DNA from: Blasia pusilla
Lineage: Eukaryota
Length of the DNA stretch: 64,000 nt
NCBI GenBank assembly: GCA_050084515.1
Contig: CM114271.1
Coordinates: 20,708,001 to 20,772,000, forward strand
Direction: 5' to 3'
The stretch's first letter is position 1. Every line of letters begins with the position of its first letter. Position numbers and translations under genes: made by a program. Below the pieces are notes generated by a model. It worked only from the letters and a program-made list of their open reading frames with translations. It was not told the DNA's origin and did not search any database. This document shows, piece by piece, positions 41,401 to 53,567 of this stretch.

Positions 41401-42605
41401 TTTTGGGATAAAGCGTGCGTATAGCTTACTCCTTGGCGTATTGGTGGCGTGGCATGCATACTCAGTGCAGCGATTGGTGTCACGTTGTATGGTTTGTGAC
41501 CGGGTGAGGGCATCATTTAATGCCCCTACACCACAATTACACCCCTTGCCTATTATGGGGTTGGGTTACCGTTGGAGTGTGGACTTTTTGGGACCGTTAC
41601 CATTGGTATGCGACATCATTGATATGTGTTGGTGATGGTGGAGCACTTCTCCAAGTGGATTGAGTTGGTGGCATTACCGGACAAGGCAAGTGAGGAACGG
41701 CGTATGCGTTTTGGATAGAGTGCTTAGTCATTTTGGTGCAATGGTGAAGTCTTGACCGACCGAGTCTGAGTTTGGTGGTGAGTTTTAGGTCTTGTGTGAC
41801 AAGGCATTGATTGATCATCGGACCACGTCTCGAGATCATCGAGGCGGATGGTTTGGTGGCGTGTGGTTCAGGCGGTGAAGAGGGCATTGCGCAAGTATGG
41901 CCTCTGAAGGGCATCTTAGGAGGATATTCGGTTGCCATGGTTAGCCATGGGGTATAGGTTCAGTCGCCAAGCATCCTTGGCTTCCTTCTCACCTTATTTT
42001 CTGTTATACGGCCGTGATCCAGACTTGCCAGCAACAATTCGTCGGGAGTCTAGTGAGGTGGTGGACCTTGATGACCCAGAGATGTGGATGAGGGTGTGTT
42101 CTCAACGGGCGGAGCTCTTTCGGAGAGTTATGCCAACAGCCTTTGAGAATCTTGCCATTGCTCAACACAGGGATACGTTGCGGTATGCAACCATTCGGGG
42201 TGGGGGCTATCAACCATCGATTCGTAGGTTCCATGTGGGGGACTATGTCTATTTGCAGCAGATTGCCCCGACAACGTTGGATGTGACGGCAGCGCACTAT
42301 TTTACGAGTGCGTGAGGTATTAGCTTCTAGAGTTCTCATGTTGGAGGGTCGTGATGGAGTTGTTTGGAAGGACCATGTGCATAATTGTGCGCCATGTCAT
42401 CTTCCAAATGTGGATGGTATCTTATTGACCCAAGCTTAGCCATGATACGTGCTAGCTTGAGGTGCATGTTGTGTGGGTCTGCTTTGTGTAACGCACCCGT
42501 ATGTTGGTGTGTGATCGGTGTTCTAGGGGTTGGCACATGATGTGTTTGACTCACGTTTGGATGTTGTTCCTCTTTGGAAGGTGGGTTTGTCCTCGATATA
42601 CTTAG
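35450..42605 (+). pseudogene. gag-pol polyprotein of element A
   Basis: Gag (FQHLEGPPMDDYHEF; knuckle CWTCGGDHVRKFC), protease VLLDSGA (~37600), RT LPFGLKNAPAEFQR..YIDD (40100-40200), RNase H FQLHTDWS, integrase HHCC (HAHEELGHFG..CMVC) with core WSVDF, and a degenerate PHD at ~42463-42597. Confidence 0.9.
38325..39240 (+). pseudogene. DNMT3-like C5-cytosine DNA methyltransferase domain within the element A polyprotein
   Basis: Motif I VLDLFGGISTG, II YVERD, IV DLVIAGWPCQG, VI YILENV, VIII RAHRPRLWWTNL, IX ERERAMGF and X RHVLGEAM, in linear order. Confidence 0.9.
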
Positions 42606-44837
42606 GAGAGGTAGATGACTTGATCTTTGCATGATATGGATTACGGATGTGCGACTAACGACGGGCAACCTAGCACCGGCCTTCGATTCGGGCACCCAAG
42701 AAGGTGTATAGCATGTAGTAGATGTATAGGGCTACAGGAGTTAGAGGGACCTAACCGCCTTGATTAGGGGGCGAGTTGTGGTACACTTGCGTTTGTGGAT
42801 ACTCTCGTCTATGTTATGTATGTATGTGAGTATGGTATGTCGATGATGTATGTTGTATGGCGATGGGGATTCGCACGACAATCATCATGACCATACGGAT
42901 TATGTCGTAGAGTATAGTCTTTGGTAGAGGCCATTCCTTATGTAGGACCGTAGTGGCTTGGTAGAGATGCGGTTCCATACATAGGGTTGGGGGTTACTCA
43001 CTTGGGGTGACTTTCCCAATAGGGCCCGCTCTTAGGTTGGAGGATATAAGGTGGCTTGCCCTCAAAGAAACGATTAGTTCTTTGAGTTGAGCCTGCTTGC
43101 GTTGGGAGTTAGCCTTGGTAGTGAGTAGAGCTCTTGGCTATGGTGTTTCCCGCAAGCTTCGACCTAGATTCTCCCATCGTGGAGTGGGTTTGGCTCGATT
43201 GTATGTGATTGTAAACGTGTTTTATGACAGTAGGTCTTTCACGGATTTCAAGTTGTGGTACACTTGCGTTTGTGGATACTCTCGTCTATGTTATGTATGT
43301 ATGTGAGTATGGTATGTCAGCGATGTATGTTGTATGACGATGGGGATTCGCACGACACCCGTCATACGCGATGCTGGATGGAATCCTACAAACACGGTGA
43401 TATGGGTGCGAGAGGGGGTGCTTCTTATGAACACCTCACCTACATTGAGGGATGTTTTTAGGACCGCCAAGAATATTGAGTGCAACATGGTGGAGGAGAG
43501 CGTAGCCACCATGAGTTCTGGGCGAGATCAGTTACGATTGCCTACACCACCAGTGCAGCAACGTGGATTCCGCGATAGGTCTGTGGCACCACGAGCTCAG
43601 GGAGGATACCAGGAGGCCATGCCACAAAGACCTGCGCCTTCATATGCGGCTCAAAAGTAGCCGCCTATGATGATTTGTTGGGCATGTGGTGAAGCCCATC
43701 ATTAGCGTGATTGCACTCGTCAAGGTCATGGACGCGTGCCTCAACATGGAGGAGGAGATGGTGCTGCACTTGGAGGTTATTGGCGTGATTATTGTTAGAG
43801 GAATGGTCACACACGCGCCATGTGTTTCAGCTTATACCAGCTTATGTCCGGACCGAGGGCCAAAGAGGGCACGAAAGTGAGTTGCCGGTCCGGGTTTGCC
43901 TAGAGATCCTGCACTAGGTGGTCACGTTGGGAGACGAGGAGCTAGATTCGCTCAAGGGGGTCGTGGAGGAGGTAGAGTCCCACCATCTAGACACCTCGAG
44001 GGAGACGCCAAGCAGGAGGTTGGGATGACTGCTCAGACAGAACAACTACAACACCAGATTTCTGCTATGGCATTGAGGCTACCCAATGCCGGATCCGTGG
44101 CATCGACGTCTTATGGAGCAACCAGAAATATGGAGGATCATGGTTGGATATGCGGGGTTGCCCAAATGGAGGCCACCGCAATTGTTACGTGTGGAGCAAC
44201 CGCAGAGTTGGATCCACACGAGGGGAAGCCAGCAAGCCGACTAGGCTTCCTCAATCTTCACATTGTCTTAGGCGATGAGGACCCCATCGACGGGTCATGC
44301 TTAGAGTTCCCAGAGAGTTGGTGATACTATTGGTGTGCACACATGGAAGCGAGTGCAATGACTCCTATTGCTAATGCTCAGGAGGAGCATATGTCAAGCA
44401 CATTGTTGGGGGTGGTCACTATTGTGTACCGCGCTCCTTTATTTTCTGCTTCCGATGTTATGATGTTGGAAGGTACGCCTGCCGAGGTTTTTTGGCTGGC
44501 CGCTACGTTATGTGATCGTGGATTTGGTGTTCCTACGTCACACTCAAGGGTGATTGTAGAGGAGGTGATGTATCTGCCCTTGGAGCTTATGCTCGGGCCG
44601 TCCACGTCAGATTCATGGCAGGCTGTGGCTGCTAGGATGGCGGAGATTCCCGTTAGACCCATGATAGAATATGCCATGGCTTCTCTTGGTGTTGTGTTGC
44701 TGGATAATCGGGGAGCGGTCTTCCACTTGGTGAGTCCAGGACGTAGAGTTTTTAGTCCGCAGCGTGTCCTATTGGATTCGGGAGCGCAACCCCTGATGTT
44801 GGGGAAAGCGACATTAAAAGTTGGGCTTGACAAGAGC

Positions 44838-45480
44838 TGTCGTGCGCATACAAATTGCTGCATAACATACATCGCTGTCACCAAACACACACACAAACAT
44901 ACACAATCCCAAGCTAACTCATGACATCCAAACAACGAGACAAGAAGTACCAAAATATCTCCAATAAATCAAGATCCAATCTCTCTCAACACCATATCTC
45001 TCAAATGTGTGCACTCCCATATGTCTTTCTCAATGTCAAACCAAACCCACTCTCCTAATGAGAGGCTTGGGTTACACAGAAAAGGCAAGCAAGACCATAG
45101 CTCTGCTGCCTCATGCCAAGAGGTTCAACAATGAAAGAATGAGCTCTCAAGCTCTCTCTCCTTGAGGTATACCCCTCCCCTCTCCCAAGCTCTCTCCATG
45201 GTAACCTATGCTCCCAAGTCACCTCCTTGGCTCTTGACCTGATGTAGGAGGTCAAAGGCCACTTACCAAAAATATAAAGTCGACCATATACTCAAAAGGA
45301 TACTTACCTAAAATAATAAGTTTCTCAATATGGCTCCAAATCAACCGAAACGAAGGGGAAACATGCTCTCTCAGGTTTCCCGGGGCCTCAGCAAGTCATC
45401 ATCGACCTCGTGAGCCTGTCCTCCACTACTAGCAAAGGCGCTCTACTAGATCTCACCGATATATCCTAAAAGACGTGATA
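44838..45480 (-). mobile_element. Solo A+B terminal-repeat unit of the element B family, with 4-bp TSD GAGC
   Basis: Highly similar to 53568-54209. GAGC at 44834-44837 and 45481-45484. Host codons GLTRA|DVERC rejoin across the insertion. Confidence 0.92.
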
Positions 45481-48400
45481 GAGCCGACGTGGAGCGTTGT
45501 TCATTCCGGATATAGACATCCTTGGATGGAGCAAGTACCACACAATATATCACCCAACAGGAGGTCGTGATGAGGATTCGTTTGAGACATCCTACAGATG
45601 AGTCCGTGGTGCAAGCCAAGGCGATAGTGACCGATGTAGAGTCCTACGACGTCTTGGTTGGTGGAGCAATGTTGTACCCTATGGGATTTTCCCTATATTA
45701 CTGGAAGGAGTCAGCGTCCTACAAAAAAGGATGGTGGTCCAGTGATGGACGAATTTGTCCATTATTCGTTCGATTCATAGGTGGAGTGATCGAGCGACGG
45801 CCACTAGAGATGGCGACTTTATCAATATTTAGCAACGCCATCAGGTGGCCTTCTAATTTGATTGAGGGCATTGTCATTGCATCAGGGCATTTCCGGGCCG
45901 ATCCATGCATGAGGGCATCGTCTAATTTGATCCATGGATCGGCCGGACAATGTTGTTGGATGCGGCGAGTGTAGATTCACGAGCACATCGCCCGCGTCTT
46001 TGGTGGACAACCTTGGTGCCACATGAGGTTTTTCCGAGGGCATGCGTGAGAGTGGAGTGCCCCTCCCATTTTTTGGTGGATTCTATTATGGATCCAAGTC
46101 GTCGATCACAGGGAATACGACACGATGATCGACCTTCTTTGACTATGGTCAACAAGATTGGCATGCCACGAGCTGCCTTTCCCACATTGGTGAGTTTTCC
46201 CGCTTCCTATGCATTCAAGGAGGCCGGGCCTGGCTTGGTTTGGGATGACCAGGTATAGCGGTTGGTGGAGCCCAACGCTGATGAGCGAGAGCGAGCGATG
46301 GGATTCCCCACAGGAGTGTCGGCACTACCGTCACTATGAGAGGCATCACGACATCATGTCTTAGGTCAGGCAATGGACCTGAACTGCTTGATATGGATTT
46401 TCAACTTAGGAGTAGCTAAGCAAGGTCATTTGAGGATGCAACAGATCATACCTGTTGCGTTGGTGAGCCCAATGCCTACCGAGACGGTTGAGGGAGTGGC
46501 TGGGGGCGAGACCTCAAGAGCTCAATACACCAGGGGCATGGTTGCACAAAAATGGACAAGTCCTTCCTTAGGATGGACATGGACGGATACACCAGTTCCT
46601 TAGGAGTTATAGGAGTTTTTTTTGCATTCAGGATGTATGATTTGGGTAAGGTGAAGGGTCGAGGGATCCACATTGAGTTGTTGAGTGACACGCCGATCTT
46701 CTGGTATAGGATCCTACAGGTACAGTGTCATGGAGAGGGCTCTTATTCACAGTGGGAGCTAGGACTTGGTTGGAGCAAGACTAGTGAAGATGTTGCATGG
46801 AGAGTATGCATCTGCCACTATCATGCCCGCCAAGAAGGATGTGCATGGCAATTGGACGGATAGGCAAATGTGTGGAGATTACCGACCTATCAATCGGCAG
46901 ACAAAGTTTGATAGGTATGCCATGCCCACGCCTTAGGAGATCTTTGATGCTATTGGGCATGCAAAGGTCTTTAATTCTTTAGATCTTTGAGCGAGATACC
47001 ATCAACTGCCTATCTGATTGGAGGACATATAGAAGATGATATTTTGGGGCATCAATCCTCAAGGGAAGGATTGCTTATACTAGTGGCGGTTCTTACTATT
47101 TGGGTTAAAGAACGCCCCGTGTGAGTTTCAGAGGGTCATGGATAGGATCTTGGCAGGTCTGGATTTTGCTAGGTGTTATATATATGACATCGTAGTCTTT
47201 AGCGCCAAGGTTGAGGAGCATGAGCGACACTAGAGGAGGTATTCCGACAATTGCAGTTACATGGGTTGAAGCTACATCCAGACAAGTGCAAGTTCTTCTA
47301 TGACCAGATTGAGTACCTAGGTCATACGATATACCTAGGGGGCCTTGGTGTGCAGCTGACGAAAATAGAGGCCATTTCAAGCATTCCACGCCCTACAAAT
47401 GTGAGTCGAGTTTGAACATTCATGGGATTGGCAAACTTCTATCGACGACACGTCAAGGGTTTCAGTTTGATTGCGAAACCGCTTATCAAGGTGGATCAAG
47501 AGTGGCATTGGGGGATGAGGAGGAGAGAGCATTTTAGCTGCTCAAGGACAGATTGATATCCGCGCCCATATTGATCGAGGAAACTGATCAGAGGGCCTCC
47601 TTTCCAGTTGCATACCGATTGGAGCATGTTGGGGCTTGGAGCCATGCTCACCCAACATGATGATGATGGTAGAGAGTTCGTGGTGGCTTATGCTAGTTGC
47701 TCAAACAACGCTGCAGAGGCGAAGTATAGCTTGTATGAGGGTGAGTGCTTGGCTGTGGTCTGGGTTGTTGCACATTTCATGTGTTATCTATTCAAGAACC
47801 CCTTTACCATCATTACAGATCATCAACCACTTAAGTGGTTGATTGAGTCTGACTTAAGTGGTTGATGGAGGTTTCATCAGGGAGACTATGTCTACTTGCA
47901 AAAGATGGCATCCACGACGTTGGATGTGACTATAGGGCGCACCATCTTGAGAGTGCGTGAGATTTTTCCATCTTGTGTTCTCTTATTGGAGGGACCATGT
48001 GCATAATTGTGCGCCATGCCACCTTCCTAACATTGATGGTATAGTTGATTCGAGCTTAGCAGTAGTTCCTATAGGCTTACGATGTATGTTGTGCGGTTCC
48101 GCTTGTGGTGCAGCCACTATGATAGTTTGTGATGATTGTTCAAGAGGATGGCATATGGCATGTTTGACGCCACCTCTCACTAGGGTTCCTCAGGGACGAT
48201 GGAAGTGTCCCAGATATACATAGAGTAGGTAGTTCTAGATTCCGACTTGTGTTTGTGACATGGATGACAAGAAGGCGACCAATTATGGGTCTCGAACCCC
48301 GATGTATGGCTCAAAGTTGGATCCAAATAGGATAAAAATATTTCTAGCATGGACTCCACACTTATGGACAATCTCCATGGTAACAAACAAGGCAACCAGA

Positions 48401-50142
48401 AGCTACATGACGTATGATGCCACTACAAGATATTTGATCTTACACAACTATCCTAAATTTGCCCCTCCGTTCTTCAAGGTATGGCATGCTCATATCCCAT
48501 TTAAATTTCAAGATGCCAAATCTTTAAGGAGGTTGACTGAGACAGAAAATGCCTACGAAGGTGAACAAGAAGAAGGTCCCACTATTTGTCTCCAAAGATG
48601 AATTGAACGCACACTTGGATAGCCCTGTTTGCCCAAATATTCTTCAAGTAGAGTTCAAGAAGTCGTGGCTCAAGTGGCCAGATCATGCAATTGGTCATTT
48701 GCAAGGAAAGTGGGAGAAGATGAGTGGAAGAAGGATCCGGTCTTGTTCAATGGCCTTACAAGTTATGAAGACCTCTTGGCAAAGAAAAGGAAGTTAGTGA
48801 GCAACGTATTTGTCAAGCTCAAAGTTGCGAAGTTGATGAAGGGCATGGAGGTTCATTATGGTGATGTGGAGTGCAAAATGAAAAATCCCCATCGATTTAG
48901 TCAAAACGAATAAGGGTTCATACTCTACCAAACTTTGGAAGTATGGGAATATATCCACAATATGAACCTCAGCCATCATCTTCTTGGCCGCATAGAGGAG
49001 ATCAAGGAGTGGTTGTATCACGAAAATATTGGTCATGCAAAGACCAACAATATGGATTGTCAAGAAACCTTAGAGGGCTACTATCTTCTTTGGATGAATA
49101 GAGAAAAAAACTTCTTTGACCAAAGAGGAGATAGATGACAGAAATGAAAATGAAGGGCGAGCCCAATTTGGGGAGAAAACTTTGAGGACATAAGAGATGT
49201 CTTGAATGACCTCAATGTAGGTCGTAATATGAGTTTTGATGGGCTAGAGTGATTTTCGATCGCGGTGTACAAGCGACCTTGTTCCTAGAACCTTTCGTGG
49301 GGAAAATGCTCCAAAAAATAGTTAGGTTATATCTCGTCTATCATAGTTCTAGATTTTCATAAAGAATTTCCAACGCACTTTTTATTTGGAAGCCGAATTT
49401 AATATTTTGAAGGGAAAGCACCAAAAATTGTGTGAGGAACACGAGAGACTAAAGAGAGAGATGGAGAGGATCATGAAAAAATCAATTGCACATATGAGCT
49501 CTCGAGAAGAAAAATATTTATAAAGGCAAACCGTATGGCAAGGGAGGAGGACATACCAGTCCATCATGGCAAGATGACAAAATGACAAAAAGAAATGGAT
49601 AAATTACTATGATGGAGAGCAAGGGGCAACGTGGGAGAACTCGTCCCCAAGACAACTCTACCTGAGGGTCATCTCGTGAAAGAGGTTGATATGATCTTAT
49701 TTCAACCTTTTGGCAAGTTGTGGCTGTCATCTCTACGCACAATATGGGACAATGCAATGGATCCAAACGTTGCCAACTATACTTCTTTGATGTTGGTACC
49801 AACACCTCTTAATCCGAGTACACAAGAGCAAGATATACTTGATTGGATGATGGCAATCATTATAGCCAAAGAATTGGCCCAAATGCATGATTTGCTTCAA
49901 CTTGATTGCCGTAGAAGATTGTTGCGTGATAGACACATGTGAAGCATGTTATTGGCATCCATATTGTCTTCAAAAGGCCATGTTATTATTACACAAATGT
50001 CTGACTTGTGAACAATCTTGATCAAGAAGATTATATCCCCTTTTTGGGAGATCTTTCCGTGCACCTGATAGTAATGCATCACCTTTGTATCGTAAGAGAA
50101 CCCAAGAGTAAGACAATTTCACTTTCAGTTTGGGATATCATA

Positions 50143-51060
50143 GCGCCCACCACCTAGACGCGTCAAGGGAGACGCCGGGTGTGAGGCTAGGATGACTACT
50201 CAGATACATCAGCTACAAGAGCAGATTTCCGCTATGGCATTGAGATTACCCGATGCCGGATCCGTGGCATCGACATCATATGGAGCAGCCAAAGATATGG
50301 AGAATCCTAGTTGGATGTGCGGGGTTACCGTGATGGAGGCCGCGGTAGTTGTGACGCGTGGAGTAGCCGCAGAGTTGGATCCACAGTGAGGGAAAGCGAG
50401 GAAACATACTAGGCTTTCTTCAGTCTTTCACGTTGTCCGAGGCAATGAGGACCCCATCGATGGGTCTTGATCAGACTTCCTAGAGAGTTGGTGATGTTAT
50501 TGATGTGCACGCACGAAGGGCGATGGGAGAAGCGAGTGCGATGACTCCTATTGCTCATGCTCAGGAGGGGCATGTATCGAGCACGTTGTTGGGGGCGGCC
50601 ATCGTTATGCATGGAGTTTGAGTTCTTGCATCACGTTCAGAGGTGATTGCAGAGAAGATGATGGACCTGCCCTTGGAGCGGATGCTGGGGCCATCCACGT
50701 GAGATTCATGGCAAGCTGCGGCTGCTAGGATGGCAGAGATGCCCACTAGACCCGCGATAGAGCGTGCCATGGTTTCTCCTGGTGTTGTATTGCTGGATAA
50801 CCGGGGAGAGGTCTTCCAATTGGTGAGTCTCGGAGATAGAGCTTTTAGTCCGCAGCGCATCTTGTTGGAGTTAACGTCCTACATACAAGGATGGCAGTCA
50901 GATGATGGGCGCCTTATCTCATTACCCGTTCGATTCACAGGTGCAGTGGTTAAGCGACGGCCAGGAGAGATGGCGAACTTAGCAGCATTTAGCAATGCCA
51001 TCACTTGGCCTAGTGATTTGATTGAGGGACATGTCCATGCAGAGGATACTCCCGTGTGGA
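50143..51060 (+). mobile_element. Additional internal fragment (gag end/protease region) of the element B family
   Basis: QIHQLQEQISAMALRLPDAGSVASTSYGA and PGVVLLDNRGEVFQLVS match ORFs 59735-60454 and 59474-59707; internal deletions are present. Confidence 0.85.
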
Positions 51061-52647
51061 GCGAGATGTTTGCACGAAGTGCATATAAATTGGGTGGTTA
51101 ACGCAGAAATCTCACGTCAACAAAGAATTGATCGGGCAAGTCAATCGTGGTTGATCTGCTTCATTGACATGTACGATCGAGGAGAGCTTATTCACAAAAT
51201 TTCCATAGATCTCCAAAATCGAGAGGTGGAAAACTTTTTCTTTGTGCAAGGGTTACATCCACAAGAAGTTCGGGATGCCTTTAACACAACTCGACAACTT
51301 GTCCTAAAAAATCATCAAAATCCATTGATAGATAATCTTTTCTTGAGGAGACTCGAATTGATTTTTCCACATTTCTTATGGCAAGATATTCCTCAAAGGA
51401 TGGAAGGGGGCTATTCACGAATATACCATTACCCTCGTCCAATGCAACAGGAAATTTTCAACATTGAGGGATGTTGTCAACACGGGAAACATAAGACATA
51501 GCTGATGGTGAAACCAATGTTGTATTGGATAGGACTATTCCTTGTGGAGGGGAAAAACACATTATTAGAGCTAGGGAAAGAGTTGGTGAGACCTCTGAAC
51601 CGGTGTAACATATATCCGATCATGAATCATATTAGATAGAATGAGTTTGTGGTTATATCTCTGTAATATATATAAGCATGAGGTTCCTCTTAATCCACAG
51701 GTTGTTGGGTACTACCCATTTTTATAAAAAATATATATAATTTTCTTCTTGAAAGTGACTTAGTTCTACAATCTTATGGACAAATGCCACACCCCTTGAG
51801 AAAAGTTCAATGCATGTTTTTGCATGATGTTCTATGGATGGGGATTTTGAGTTGGAGGGTAATTAGGAGTTGGAAGATTAAGAGTTGAATTACCTTCAAA
51901 ATAGAAATTTCAACCTTATTGATTCCTACTATTATAGGCATTTGCTAACTTTGAAGACATGTGAATGTGAACTTGTTAGGAAAACTGTTCATGAAGTTTT
52001 CTAAGTTTTCTGTAAGGTTATCCTTGGGTAAGGTGGAAATGTGCATTTGATTAAAAAGAATTATATCTCTATTTACTATAATTAAATAATTTTGCATATT
52101 TCCAAAAAAATCAATTTATATTTTACAAGGAGATAAAATTTATTAGTTTCCTTGAATTATATTCTTAACTTTAACCTTTGTACCTTTATTAAACTGAAAA
52201 GTAGAACAAGCATAAGGATTTAATCATTAAAATATTATAAATTATTTAAAAATAAAATTTTATGAAGTACTATAATTTATTTCATATTTTGGCAAGAAAT
52301 AGTAAAAGAAAATGTGAGAGTGTGTCCAAACAAGAAATCTTCTTTAAAATTCTGAAAAATATCTACTTGAAATCTTAAACTAAATGTGTGACTGGGAAAT
52401 ATCCTTCAAAAAACATGTCCACATTTTTTTAAAACTCTTAAAGTCAAGGGCATGGTTAATTCTAATCTTATTTTTATGATTTCTTGTGCAGTTTTCCTAA
52501 CCTTTCGAGAATTTATTTAAAATTTCATATTTTCCAATATATTTTTAGTACTTTTGATGGTCTATTGATCCGTTGTAGGGGTATAGTTTCTTTCTAACTA
52601 GTCTTTATTAGGTTCTAACATTATGAAGCCTTTTAGAATTACAAATT

Positions 52648-52850
52648 TTAGGTTACAAATTTTTAACCTTCCATGTCTAAACAATTCTTTTTCAAATTTT
52701 TCAAAATTTGAAATTTATTAAGAATTGTTTAGACATTGCTACATGTATGTTGTGTAGCGATGTCTGAAAAATTCTTAATAATTTAGACCTAAGTAATATT
52801 AGGTTACAAATTTTTTACCTTCCATGTCTAAACAATTCTTTTTCAAAATT
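52648..52850. repeat. AT-rich direct duplication (~50-bp block, ~151-bp spacing)
   Basis: ttaggttacaaattttt..ccttccatgtctaaacaattctttt recurs near 52648 and 52799. Confidence 0.7.
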
Positions 52851-53099
52851 TCTTTAGTTGGAAATCATACTATTCAATATTAATTCACTACTTCTCCTTC
52901 TGTTATCCCATAAAATTATTTCAAGTAAATTAATATTCAAAACTATATTCAACCATGTATGTGCTACGTAACCTTCTAAAGTTCCTCTTGGAGAATATTA
53001 CTAATTTATCTTCTTTTGTTATCTTAAATATTTTATTTCCTTCTTAAAAGTAACAAATATTTCTTTCATAATCCTACTTTTTAAGTTCAGCTGGAAGGC

Positions 53100-53567
53100 A
53101 AAGATAATTCATAGGAAAACTCTAAGAAAAATGGAGTTGTGATGGAAAGCTCGAAACTATTTAAATGGTTTTTGCACCCGTGCGATTAGACCTTCTTCCA
53201 AAAGAAAGTTTCTCTATTTTTCATCTTGTTAAGGGATCTTATCTTGACCTGATGTTTAGGACACTTGATCCTTAAGGTGTATTTAGACTTCTTGAAAATT
53301 TTGAAGCAAAATAAAGTTGTGACCAAAATCTCAAATCTATTTCAGTGGTTTATGGACTTGAGCAATCACACCTTCTAGCAAAAGATACTCTTTCCAATTT
53401 CCATCTTGTTCAAAGAGTTCATTTTGTCTTGAAATTTGTGCCACTTGATCCTAAAGGTGAATTAGAGTTTCTGCAAAGTTTCAAGTACAATGAAGTTATA
53501 AACCAGAGTCCAAAAATCTCTAAATTTTTTTGGACCTATACGATTAAACCTTCTTGGAGAAGAGGGT
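53100..53567. repeat. Degenerate ~180-bp tandem repeat, continuing at 63817-64000 beyond element B
   Basis: Homologous anchor motifs at 53136, 53316, 53495 and 63928 (equivalent to 53675 once the insertion is removed). Confidence 0.65.

Larger units (their letters stand above)
33715..43357 (+). mobile_element. Element A: full-length Gypsy-like retroelement with split direct repeats, encoding Gag-PR-DNMT-RT-RH-IN-PHD (degenerate)
   Basis: TG...CA ends. Repeats A1 33715-34076, B1 42774-42880, A2 42883-43250, B2 43251-43357; PPT ~42766-42773. Imperfect 4-bp TSD ccgg/cccg. Host gag is continuous across the insertion. Confidence 0.9.
32255..48290 (+). mobile_element. Element C: older, partly deleted DNMT/PHD Gypsy-like element (family of element B), interrupted by element A (33715-43357) and by a solo repeat (44838-45480)
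   Basis: 32255-33714 is homologous to the reverse complement of ~60970-62465. Gag resumes at 43358 (YAMLD..LMNTSPTLRDVF). Protease VLLDSGAQPL at ~44765; DNMT C-half RAHRPRLWW at ~45980; RT/RNase H at 46700-47860; PHD at 48083-48215. Integrase core and DNMT N-half are deleted. Confidence 0.85.

Noticed and set aside
33715-43357. DIRS/Ngaro/PAT tyrosine-recombinase element
   Set aside because: It has an aspartic protease and an HHCC/DDE integrase, and the lineage makes TSDs. No tyrosine recombinase motif was seen, and the methyltransferase is C5-type rather than the adenine-MTase-like domain of DIRS.
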